Made by a program: the position numbers and the translations under genes. The notes beneath the pieces are model-generated. The model was not told the origin of the DNA. It worked only from the letters and a program-made list of their open reading frames with translations, and did not search any database. Of a stretch of DNA of 64,000 nt, positions 29,961-39,834 are shown piece after piece; positions within the stretch are counted from its first letter, which is position 1; every line of letters begins with the position of its first letter. Origin of the DNA: Planktothricoides raciborskii GIHE-MW2 (GTDB lineage Bacteria > Cyanobacteriota > Cyanobacteriia > Cyanobacteriales > Laspinemataceae). The DNA is taken from NCBI RefSeq assembly GCF_040564635.1, contig NZ_CP159837.1:99801-163800 (forward strand). The letters run 5' to 3'.

Positions 29961-30402
29961 TTAGGCGATTGCTGGGGAACCGACGGGCAAGTTTTCTGTC
30001 GAACTTTGTTGCAAGTATTTTTTAACAATTTCCAGAACTTGATGGAGGTCGGGTGGTTTGGATAAAAAGTCCGACGCCCCATTCAATTTAGCTTTGGTTC
30101 GATCCATTAATCCATTTTGGCTGGTTAGAATAATAATCGGCGTGTCCCTAAACAAAGAACTCTGCCGTAAAACAGCTACATACATTATAACCGCTGGTTT
30201 GCGGCATGACCACATCTAGAAAAATCAAATCCGGTTTTTCTTCGGCCAGCTTGGCAAATCCCTGCATTGGGTTATTAATTTTTAGGACTCTAAACCCGGC
30301 GGGTTGCAAAATTTGCTCCAATCTTTCGGCAGTTATCGGGCTATCATCAATACAGGCAATTAAAGGTTTTTTCCTGGGTAGTTTTAAGGCTGAACGCACC
30401 AA
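29961..30402 (-). pseudogene. CheY-like receiver domain split by a frameshift
   Basis: ORF 30148-30402 has PLIACIDDSPITAERLE..DLIFLDVVMP. ORF 29961-30215 has TPIIILTSQNGLMDRTKAKLNGASDFLSKP. Together they make one REC domain in two frames. Confidence 0.6.
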
Positions 30403-30539
30403 TAAGAATTGTTCTATAGGAGAGGGAATATCGGCGGGAGTCGTCAGGGATATTTTACCAGCTTTAATGAAATAATCTAGGGCTGGAGACAGGGTTTAAA
30501 TTTCTGACTAAAGTTGGTTAAACTTACTCGTTTTTTTTG

Positions 30540-31150
30540 CTATCATAAGGTTATGAGTAAGTTTAGTATTTACGAAGCAGCAAAAATTATGCAGAGTATC
30601 ACCATCTACATTAAGACGTTGGGAATCAGAAGGGAAATTAATCCCTGAGCGTAGAGGGTCTGGTCATCGGAGACACTCTATGTCTCAATTACTGGCTGTT
30701 GAATCTCATAGAGCCTATACAATCGGTTATGCACGAGTCAGTAGTCACGACCAGAAACAAGACCTAGAACGTCAAAAGGAAATTATTGAATTGTTCTGCG
30801 CTCAAAATGGCTGGGAGCATGAAATTATCCAAGATTAACAACTTACTTAGCCAAGAATCACGGTGAAGTCAAAATCGAAGACTTAAATGTGTCAGGGATG
30901 CTAAAAAATCACAAGCTGGCTGGTGCTATTGCTGATGGTGGGTTTTATGAGTTTCGTCGTCAGCTTGAGTATAAATGCGAGTGGTATGGGAGCAAATTAA
31001 CGCTGATTGACCCCTGGTATCCCAGTTCACAGATATGTTGCAATTGCGGACACCGACAAAAAATGCCACTAGATCAAAGACAGTATGATTGTCCGAACTT
31101 TCACATCTCACTCTTATCGTGACTTAAATGCGGCAATTAAATTAATTTAG
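30540..31150 (+). mobile_element. Internally deleted second IS607-family copy (TnpA N-terminus joined to TnpB C-terminus), opposite strand
   Basis: 30540-30838 encodes MSKFSIYEAAKIM... then, after a frameshift, AYTIGYARVSSHDQKQDLERQKEIIELF. 30840-31150 encodes the TnpB C-terminus: KIEDLNVSGMLKNHKLAGAIADGGFYEF...CCNCGH...DCPN, another frameshift, then RDLNAAIKLI. Confidence 0.7.
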
Positions 31151-31194
31151 AAAACGCGGATAGTTCAGCCGTGTAAGCAAGCGTGATGGAAAGG

Positions 31195-31315
31195 CATCAG
31201 TATAGACACCGGACAAAGCCCAAACGTTACGACAAGCGATGTTAACGATGAAAAATCAAAATCCCAATCCTTATTTTTGGGCGGCATTTGCTTTAATGGG
31301 TCAAGCAGAATAATA
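31195..31315 (+). pseudogene. 3' fragment of a CHAT-domain gene (C-terminal 32 codons)
   Basis: It translates to QAQTLRQAMLTMKNQNPNPYFWAAFALMGQAE*. Compare the copy A C-terminus KAQALRQAMLTMKNQYPNPSFWAAFTLIGEAE*. Confidence 0.75.
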
Positions 31316-34030
31316 TCTCCCCAATCCCAGGTAGGTTTTCTTTTACTACTATCAACATAGAGGTAGCAACCCGCCCTCCCTGGCAGATAGGTAAAAAAAA
31401 TGTAAAATTTTAATAAATTTAATAACAATTTTTTAATAATATTGCCGCTCGCCAAAAACGAGGTTAAATTGATACTAATACCTGAAGTATCTACCCCAGT
31501 ACCATGAACCCACGTCTAGGATTAATCGCTTTATTCACTTTATTAACCAGTTTAACCCTAACAATTCCCTCTCCACTCCTATTGGGGAAAAAATTTGAGA
31601 TGGGTAATGGAGTATTCGCCCAAACAGTTACAGAACGAAAAGCCGAAGCAGACCGATTATTAAATCAGGGAAGACAACAATATACAACTAGCCAATACCA
31701 AGCCGCAATTCAGTCTTTAGAAACTGCATTAAACATTTTCCGTGAAATCGGCGATCGCAATGAAGAAGGAAATGCTCTCATAGGTTTGGGTAATGCTTAC
31801 AATAGCTTAGGACAATATCAAAAAGCAGCAGAAGAGTTTTATCAACAGTCTTTAACTATTAAACGTGAAATCGGCGATCGCAATGGAGAAGGAAATGCTC
31901 TCATAGGTTTGGGTCTTGCTTACAGTGACTTAGGACAATATCAAAAAGCAATTGAGTTTTATCAACAGTCTTTAACCATTGCCCGTGAAATCGGCGATCG
32001 CAATGGAGAAGGAACTGCTCTCTATAATTTGGGTCTTGCTTTGTTTAAATTGAAGAATTTTCCTGAACATGAAAAATATCTGTTTTCTAGTCTCGAAGTT
32101 AAGGAATCTCTGCGACAAGGAATTCAAGACGACCTCGATAAAGTATCTCTTTCCGACACTCAACGCAATTCCTATAATCTGCTTCAACAAGTTTTAATTG
32201 CTCAAAATAAAACTGAGCCAGCTTTAGAAGTTTCTGAACGAGGTCGGGGGAGAGCGTTAGTCTAGTTATTAACTCAACGATTCAACCCCAATTCAGAACC
32301 CTTTTCTCCGGTTGTTTCTTTAGCCCAACTCTAAGCAATTGCTCGACAACAAAATGCAACAATTGTTCAATATTCTAGGATTTCCGATGAATTTTCACGT
32401 AAACAACAAAACCTAGAATCAGAATTATATATTTGGGTAATTAAGCCCACAGGAGAAGTTGAGTTTAGACAAGCCGATCTTAAACCCCTTTGGCAAGAAC
32501 AAAACACCTCTCTAGGTCATCTCATTTTCGCAGCGCGTTGCTTTGGTAATGATGCCTGTAGAAGTGATTTTATTACCGCTTCACCTAGTTCTAATGTAAC
32601 TCGTTCTAATTTGACAAGCAGTCCTCTATTTAATTCCCAAGCTTATGCTCTAAGAGAAGCACAGAATATCGATATTAATCCGCATCAATATCGAGAGTTA
32701 AAAAAACTCCATAAACTGTTAATTAAACCCATTGAAGATTTATTACCGACTAACCCAGATGAACGAGTGATTTTTGTTCCCACAGATGCTTTATTTTATC
32801 TACCTTTTGCTGCTTTGGTAGATGAAGAAGGAAAATTCTTAATTGAAAAACATACAATTTTAATGTCTCCTGCCATTACTGTGTTAGAAACAAGTCACAA
32901 AAAACGGCAAAATTTATCTTCTTCTGCCCAAGATATTGTGATTGTGGGTAATCCGCAAATGCCGAAACTTGCACCGAGTCCAGGGGAAGAACCTAAACCG
33001 TTAGCCCCCCTTCACTATGCTGAAAAAGAAGCGATTGAGATTGCTAAAATGTTCAATACTTCGGCTTTAATTGGAGCCAATGCAACAGAATCAACGGTAG
33101 TTGAACGCTTGAAAACTGCTCGAATTATTCATTTTGCTACTCACGGATTTGTTGATAATATTCAACCTTTAAATAGTGGCGTAGCGTTAACTCCTGGGGG
33201 TTCGGAGGATGGATTATTAACGGCGGATGAAATTTTTGACTTAAAATTAAATGCAGAATTAGTGGTTTTAAGTGCCTGTGACACTGGACTTGGACAGTTA
33301 ACCGGGGATGGGATGATTGGGTTATCTCGTTCGTTTTTGAATGCAGGAGTTCCGAGTTTAGTGATGTCGTTATGGGCTGTAGATGATCGAACAACCTCTC
33401 AATTGATGGTACAATTTTATCAGAACTTACAGACGACACCCAACAAAGCCCAAGCGTTACGACAAGCGATGTTAACGATGAAAAATCAATATCCTGATCC
33501 TTATTATTGGGCGGCGTTTACTTTAATAGGTGAAGCAGAATAGCAGAGAATGAAGATCGGTAAAGGGGGTAGATAAATCCCCGGGGGTTAAAACCCCTTT
33601 AACCGACTGTAGGGGTCAACGGCCGTTGACCCCTACGGGGATTTTAATCCCCGCAATCGTCGGTTAATTGCGGGGGTACATAAATCCCCGGGGGTTAAAA
33701 CCCCTTTAACCGACTGTAGGGGTCAACGGCCGTTGACCCCTACGGGGATTTTAATCCCCGCAATCGTCGGTTAATTGCGGGGGTACATAAATCCCCGGGG
33801 GTTAAAACCCCTTTAACCGCCTGTAGGGGTCAACGGCCGTTGACCCCTACGGGGATTTTAATCCCCGCAATCGTCGGTTAATTGCGGGGGTACATAAATC
33901 CCCGGGGGTTAAAACCCCTTTAACCGCCTGTAGGGGTCAACGGCCGTTGACCCCTACGGGGATTTTAATCCCCGCAATCGTCGGTTAATTGCGGGGGTAC
34001 ATAAATCCCCGGGGGTTAAAACCCCCGGCT
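31312..34030. repeat. Right arm of the inverted duplication (promoter region, CHAT-TPR copy B, palindromic tandem units)
   Basis: See the left arm. Copy B has about 4.5 of the 108-bp palindromic units versus about 2.3 on the left, and fewer TPR units. Confidence 0.85.
31504..33543 (+). pseudogene. TPR+CHAT protein copy B, interrupted by two in-frame stop codons
   Basis: ORFs 31504-32265 and 32611-33543 are collinear with copy A. In the same frame, ALV*LLTQ and AQL*AIARQ replace ALVELLTQ and AQIQAIARQ. Confidence 0.75.
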
Positions 34031-34432
34031 AATAGCGCAAGTCGGTTAAAACCGACTCTGGATTATTTTGAAATTGGTAATATTATTTACAAAAATTCAT
34101 ACAACAGTAGGGGAGCAATGCTTGCGCCCAAATAGACCAGTACATAAATCGCCGGGGGTTAAAACCCCCGGCTAATAGCGCAAGTCGGTTAAAACCGACT
34201 CTGGATTATTTTGAAATTGGTAATATTATTTACAAAAATTCATACAACAGTAGGGGAGCAATGCTTGCGCCCAAATAGACCTGGGGTTAAAACCCCCGGC
34301 TAATAGCGCAAGTCGGTTAAAACCGACTCTGGATTATTTTGAAATTGGTAATATTTTTGAAATTGGTAATATTATTTACAAAAATTCATACAACAGTAGG
34401 GGAGCAATGCTTGCGCCCAAATAGACCTGGGA
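34008..34432. repeat. Three tandem ~125-bp units; a single inverted copy is at 835-975
   Basis: The unit ggctaatagcgcaagtcggttaaaaccgactctggattattttgaaattggtaatattatttacaaaaattcatacaacagtaggggagcaatgcttgcgcccaaatagacc occurs three times. Confidence 0.85.
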
Positions 34433-34462
34433 ATTGTATAGTTTCTAAAATTGGTATTAATT

Positions 34463-34600
34463 ATGTTCACCTACTTAACAAGTTTAACCGTAACAATTCC
34501 CTTTCCATTAGTATTGGGGAAAAAATTTGAGATGGGCGATCTCGGGTATTCGCCCAAACTGTTACAGAACGAACAGCAGAAGTCGCCCGGTAAGCTTTCG
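34463..34600 (+). pseudogene. 5' fragment of yet another CHAT-TPR gene copy
   Basis: It translates to MFTYLTSLTVTIPFPLVLGKKFEMG... Compare the copy B N-terminus LTSLTLTIPSPLLLGKKFEMGNG. It diverges and stops after about 45 codons. Confidence 0.6.
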
Positions 34601-35044
34601 CTATGCCGCTAGGCTATATGCGTGAGCCTGTACAGACGGTCATGGCCCGCGCATTCGGATCAAGAGTTTTCTGTTTACTCCATACAGGAAGTGATTGTCT
34701 GAGGAAAAAGTCCACGATTGACAATTGACAATGGATAATTGACAACTATTTATTATCAACCATAGAATCCCTACCTATCAACCATAGAATCCCTAACCAT
34801 TAACTATCGATTATTAACTATTAATTATCGACTATCAAGCATCAATTTCCTCTATTATCCATTATCCATTAAAGTTTAGTTGGACATTGCGTCCCTGCCT
34901 TGTGGGTTTTTTGTTGCCCAGGTGACAGGGCGATCGCGGTAGAGTTGCGGAGCAATATCGCGATAGCAGTGCGGAGCACTTTCGCCTAATTCCGACAATT
35001 CACACAAATTCACTCTTAATTATCAGTCACACCACAAATTTGCT

Positions 35045-36472
35045 ATGAGCAAGATTAATACTTTAAGGAATAAACTGTACTTAGGATTTTTTATTATCCC
35101 AGCAGTGATTCTCTCAACAGTCAGTGGTTACTCGTTATATTCATTTTACCGCATGGATCGACAAGTGGGAAAAATTTTTGACGATCATGTAGTTACTTTA
35201 AGAGAAGTGAATGCTTTACTGGATCATTATGCTGTGGTGATTGTTGATGCCACCAATAAAGCTAGGGTGGGGATTATTACAACTGATGAAGCTTTAAATT
35301 TAATTTCTCGATCTCAGACAGAAATTCGGCAAAGCTTAGATAGATATTCATTGACAGAACAAACTGAGGAAGAACAATCGATTATGCAGAAATTATATGG
35401 TTTATTTATCAAAGCAGATCGAGAAATTGAAAGAGAAAAAATATTATTAAAAGCAGGAAATATTGCTCAATTAAACCAAGGTCAAAATGCCATGTATTTA
35501 GCCATTGATCCGATTAGCAATTATTTAAGAAAACTTAGAGACTTGCAACTGGAAAATGCCGCTAAAGAACGGGAAAAAGCTCAACATATTTTTTCCCAAA
35601 CCCTCTGGATTTTTGGGTTTTTAGTCTTTTTAACTGTAGTCGGTGCTTCGCCTTTTGGCTATCTGATTAGTCAAGCGATTATCGGTAAACTGAAAAATAC
35701 GGTGAGTGATATTAGTGAGAGTGCGAGGCGGATTTTGATCGCGAGTGAAGAACAAGAGCGGATTGCTTCTAGCCAAGCTAGTTCGGTGAATGAAACAACT
35801 ACTACAATGGATGAACTTAAAGCTTCTTCTCAGAAATCAGCAGAGCAAGCGGAAGCGGCACTGAATGGAGCAAGACAAGTGTTATTATTAGTTAGAGGAA
35901 ATGAACAAAAATCAGAAGATGAAGCATGGCATAACAACTACAATTCTAGCTTAAGTGAAAAAGTTGCAGAAATTGCCGATCAAATTAAAAATCTTAATAA
36001 CCAAGTACAGCAAATTAATACCATTGCTGTACTGGTGAGTAGTTTAGCCGACCAAACCAATATGCTGGCTATTAATGCGGCAGTAGAAGCGGTGCGGGCT
36101 GGGGAGCAAGGGAAAGGATTTGGGGTGGTGGCGACAGAAATTCGTAAACTGGCCGATCGCAGCCGAGAATCAGCGGTGCAAATTAATCATTTGGTTCGGG
36201 ATATTCAAACGGCTACGGTAGCCACGGTTTCTGCCACGCAAGAAGGCAAAACAACAGCCTCCATAATTGTTGATGCGGTCAATAATATTGTGTTAAATTC
36301 ACAAAAAATCTCTCTGACTGCACAGCAACAAGCAACGGCCATTCAACAAGTGGTTGGGGCGATGAATATTTTAAACAGCAGCGCCCAACAAACGGCGATC
36401 GGGATTGCCGAAACCAAAAACAGTACCGAGCAACTAAAATCCGCTGCGGAAAATTTGGATATTATGCTTTAA
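35045..36472 (+). CDS. Methyl-accepting chemotaxis protein with a helical periplasmic sensor
   Basis: It has an N-terminal TM, a ~160-aa extracytoplasmic helical region, a second TM and a HAMP. The MCP signature is [35 protein letters not shown]. Confidence 0.85.
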   Translation: MSKINTLRNKLYLGFFIIPAVILSTVSGYSLYSFYRMDRQVGKIFDDHVVTLREVNALLDHYAVVIVDATNKARVGIITTDEALNLISRSQTEIRQSLDRYSLTEQTEEEQSIMQKLYGLFIKADREIEREKILLKAGNIAQLNQGQNAMYLAIDPISNYLRKLRDLQLENAAKEREKAQHIFSQTLWIFGFLVFLTVVGASPFGYLISQAIIGKLKNTVSDISESARRILIASEEQERIASSQASSVNETTTTMDELKASSQKSAEQAEAALNGARQVLLLVRGNEQKSEDEAWHNNYNSSLSEKVAEIADQIKNLNNQVQQINTIAVLVSSLADQTNMLAINAAVEAVRAGEQGKGFGVVATEIRKLADRSRESAVQINHLVRDIQTATVATVSATQEGKTTASIIVDAVNNIVLNSQKISLTAQQQATAIQQVVGAMNILNSSAQQTAIGIAETKNSTEQLKSAAENLDIML

Positions 36473-36742
36473 CGGTGAACCTGTTCAACCGGGCTGTAGC
36501 AACGGTAAGTTAAGTCAGGGGAGACGGGGTAAACCCTGCCGTTGATATGGTGATTTTATACCTGCTCAGAAGGTGCGAATAATTCAGGGAGTAGATATAA
36601 TTGATTTCAAGGAATCATTTCAAGCCATTTGTAGGGTGGGCAAATTTTGCCCACTTTACTGACTACTACTGATTACTATATTGATAATCGTTGATGATTA
36701 ATTTATAAAAATTTTGCCCAATCCGTTGAAGGACACAAACCG

Positions 36743-39700
36743 ATGATGATAGAAGATGATGAACTCCGCACTACCTTTCAGTTTGCCAGTGAAGAACATT
36801 TGCAGAAATTAGATGAAGGGTTGTTATATTTAGAAAAACATCCCGAAGACCAGGAAAAGCTGGCAGAAATGATGCGAGAAGCTCATAGTCTAAAAGGGGA
36901 TGCCGGGATGTTGGGGGTGAAAGATGTGGCAACTTTAGCCCACCAATGGGAGCATTTGTTGGGGACATTAAAGGATGGCGAAGCTTCTTTGCGCGAGGGG
37001 ATTTACGATCGCCTCTATTCTGGTTTAGACGCTATTCGTAAATTAGTGCAGGAAGCGATTACTGGAGAACCGAGTGGAGTTAATACCTTTTATGCCTTGG
37101 CTGAATTAATGGGAGCGAAATCTCACTCGGAATCCCCAGAAAGCCGCGCTAACCTGGAAGCATCATCGTCGGTGCCATCATCTGTCCCACCATCTGTCAG
37201 TGATGAAGTACCACCACCAGCCCCAATCCCATCAGAAACGTCGCCTGTCAGCCCGGAAGTACCAGAAATTATTCCCCCACCTGTGAGCCTTGAACCCGGA
37301 AGTACCAGTTCTCTGCTGATTGATGATGAAGAACTGCGGATGACTTTCAAATTTGCCAGTGAAGATCATCTACAAAAGTTAGATGAAGGTTTGCTGTATT
37401 TAGAGACCCATCCCCAAAACCAGGAAAAATTGGCGGAAATGCTCCGAGAAGCCCATAGTCTCAAAGGGGATGCGGGGATGTTGGGGGTGAAAGATGTGGC
37501 GACTTTAGCCCATGAATGGGAGCATTTGTTAGGCAGTTTAAAGGAAGAAACGACTTTCCTAACCGGGGAATTGTGCGATCGCCTCTATTTCGGCTTAAAC
37601 GCCATCCGTCAACTGGTGCATGAAGCAATTACCGGGGAACCCAGTGGGATTAATGTGCCGGATGTCCTCGCTCAGTTAACCGCTCAAGTGGCAACGGGCA
37701 ACGGGCAAGTGGCAACGGGCAACAGGCAAGTGGCAGAGGAGATGAGGAGCAGAGGAGATGAGGAGCTTTCCCTCCCCGGCTCCCCTGCACCACCGCTCCC
37801 CGGCTTCTCCGGCTCCCCGGCAGCCGATGGCGGCGATGGCGGTTCCCCCGTTCCCAGTTCCCTGGACAACAACATTGCCGACTCATCATATGAGAGGAAA
37901 ACCTCGGACTTAGAACCCTTCACCAGCACACAGTCGAGCACATCGAGCAGAACCGGGGCTTATCGGATTGAGTCCATTCGGGTGGAAACGCGAAATCTGG
38001 ATGAACTGATGACTCAAGCGGGTGAATTGACCGTGACCAAGAGTCGGATTAACCATCGACTCGCGGAAGTAGAAGAAATTGTCAGCCTGTGGGAAGAGTG
38101 GAACCGCGATGTCTTTGTCAATCGCTTCTGTATTGATGAAGTAGTCAAAGGCAATCGTAATGGGTCTGTGGAGCAGTTAAAAAACTTTCATCATCGCACA
38201 GAAGACCGTCTGCAAAAGTTCGGTGAGTTGATTAGCAGTCTAAGAAGTTCTATTTATGAAGATACGGCGCGATTGGATCTGATCGTAGATGAGCTAGAAG
38301 AAGGAATTCGGACTTTGCGGCTGTTACCAATGTCCACGATAGTGAATTTATTCCCCCGCATGGTAAGGGAACTAGCTAAAGAGTACGGTAAACAAGTAAA
38401 CCTGATTTTAGAAGGAGCCGAAACCAGAGCCGATAAGCTGATTCTAGAAGAAATGAAAGACCCCTTGATTCATATTATTCGGAATGCGGTGGATCATGGG
38501 ATTGAAACCCCAAAAGAACGGATACAGCAGGGCAAACCGGAGACGGCAACGATTCGGATTAAATGCTACCAAACCACTAACAATATTATTATTGAAGTGA
38601 GTGATGATGGTCAGGGATTGGATCTTGAAAAAATTAAGCAAACAGCCCTGAAACGCGGCATTTGTCGTCCTGATGAACTGGCGAATATGACCACCAATCA
38701 GATTCAAGCATTAATTTTTGCCCCCGGTTTTTCTACCCGCACCTTTGTCACGGAAGTTTCCGGCAGAGGTGTGGGTTTGGATGTGGTGCGGACGAATGTA
38801 GAACGACTCAAAGGCGCGATCGCGGTTCACTCCACTCCGGGCAAAGGTTGCACCTTACGACTCCAATTAGGCACCACCTTAGCCACCGCCCATGTTTTGT
38901 TGGTGCAGGTGGATCAACTGGTCTATGCTTTGCCCGTCGAAGCCGTTCAAATGGCCAAGTTTATCTCCAAAGATGAGATTTTTTCTTTGGAAGGGCGGAA
39001 AACCATGATTATAGAAGGGCAACCTATTTCCGTGGCCAGATTGAGCGATTTACTGCCGATTAATTCAAAGATTCCAGAACATCTGCGAATCAGTCGGAAT
39101 CATACTAGGTTTGAGACAAAAAGTCATCAAGAAGACAACACCAATTCTCAGGAGCATAAAATACCTTGTATTATTCTACAAATCGGCGAAGAACGATTAG
39201 GATTATTAGTAGATGCCCTGATCGATGAGCAAGATGTAGTCCTGAAACCTCAAAGTAAACTGCTCAAGCGAGTCCGCAATATTTCCGGTGCGACAATATT
39301 AGGTACTGGGGAAGTTTGTATGGTACTAAACCCCCAAGACTTGATCAAATCTGTCCGCCAACAAGCTATTATTATTAGCGATGCTCAACCTCTGGAAGAG
39401 AAAATTACCGAACAACGCAAAAAGGTCATTTTGTTGGTAGAAGATTCTATCGCTACCCGCACCCAAGAAAAGCGGATTCTCCAAAGTGCTGGCTATGAAG
39501 TGGTGACAGCAGTGGATGGTTTGGATGGTTGGAATAAGCTGAAAACTCGTCAATTTGATGCGGTGGTTTCCGATATTCAAATGCCTAATCTTGATGGGCT
39601 AGGACTCACAACAAAAATTCGTCAACATAAAGAATATAGTGAGTTGCCGATTATTTTGGTGACATCTCTGGCCAAAGATGATGATAAGCGACGCGGGGCA

Positions 39701-39781
39701 GAAGCGGGGGCAAATGCCTATATTACTAAGAGTAGTTTTAATCAACAAATGCTCTTAGAAACTATCGAAAGATTAATTTAA
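36743..39781 (+). CDS. CheA-type hybrid histidine kinase with two tandem Hpt domains, HATPase, CheW-like domain and C-terminal receiver (PilL/HmpE/TaxAY-like)
   Basis: Two nearly identical Hpt units are present (LAEMMREAHSLKGDAGMLGVKDVATLAHQWEHLLG and LAEMLREAHSLKGDAGMLGVKDVATLAHEWEHLLG). The HATPase has HIIRNAVDHG..GRGVGLDVVR. The C-terminal REC has ILLVEDSIATR..DIQMPNLDG..ITKS. Confidence 0.9.
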   Translation: MMIEDDELRTTFQFASEEHLQKLDEGLLYLEKHPEDQEKLAEMMREAHSLKGDAGMLGVKDVATLAHQWEHLLGTLKDGEASLREGIYDRLYSGLDAIRKLVQEAITGEPSGVNTFYALAELMGAKSHSESPESRANLEASSSVPSSVPPSVSDEVPPPAPIPSETSPVSPEVPEIIPPPVSLEPGSTSSLLIDDEELRMTFKFASEDHLQKLDEGLLYLETHPQNQEKLAEMLREAHSLKGDAGMLGVKDVATLAHEWEHLLGSLKEETTFLTGELCDRLYFGLNAIRQLVHEAITGEPSGINVPDVLAQLTAQVATGNGQVATGNRQVAEEMRSRGDEELSLPGSPAPPLPGFSGSPAADGGDGGSPVPSSLDNNIADSSYERKTSDLEPFTSTQSSTSSRTGAYRIESIRVETRNLDELMTQAGELTVTKSRINHRLAEVEEIVSLWEEWNRDVFVNRFCIDEVVKGNRNGSVEQLKNFHHRTEDRLQKFGELISSLRSSIYEDTARLDLIVDELEEGIRTLRLLPMSTIVNLFPRMVRELAKEYGKQVNLILEGAETRADKLILEEMKDPLIHIIRNAVDHGIETPKERIQQGKPETATIRIKCYQTTNNIIIEVSDDGQGLDLEKIKQTALKRGICRPDELANMTTNQIQALIFAPGFSTRTFVTEVSGRGVGLDVVRTNVERLKGAIAVHSTPGKGCTLRLQLGTTLATAHVLLVQVDQLVYALPVEAVQMAKFISKDEIFSLEGRKTMIIEGQPISVARLSDLLPINSKIPEHLRISRNHTRFETKSHQEDNTNSQEHKIPCIILQIGEERLGLLVDALIDEQDVVLKPQSKLLKRVRNISGATILGTGEVCMVLNPQDLIKSVRQQAIIISDAQPLEEKITEQRKKVILLVEDSIATRTQEKRILQSAGYEVVTAVDGLDGWNKLKTRQFDAVVSDIQMPNLDGLGLTTKIRQHKEYSELPIILVTSLAKDDDKRRGAEAGANAYITKSSFNQQMLLETIERLI

Positions 39782-39785
39782 GCAA

Positions 39786-39822
39786 CCTAAAAACCGGGTT
39801 TCTTGCCGAAACCCGGTTTTGG
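39786..39822 (+). terminator. Hairpin terminator after the CheA hybrid; founding member of the AAACCGGGTTT palindrome family
   Basis: AAAACCGGGTTTCTTGCCGAAACCCGGTTTTGG has an 11-bp perfect stem, a 7-nt loop and a short U-run. Confidence 0.6.
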
Positions 39823-39834
39823 CGATGATAGGCG

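Noticed and set aside
34560-35040. Possible tRNA or structured RNA in the GC-rich stretch GCGTGAGCCTGTACAGACGGTCATGGCCCGCGCATTCGGATC
   Set aside because: I could not fold it into a cloverleaf or match conserved tRNA, tmRNA or RNase P boxes by eye. It is left unannotated.
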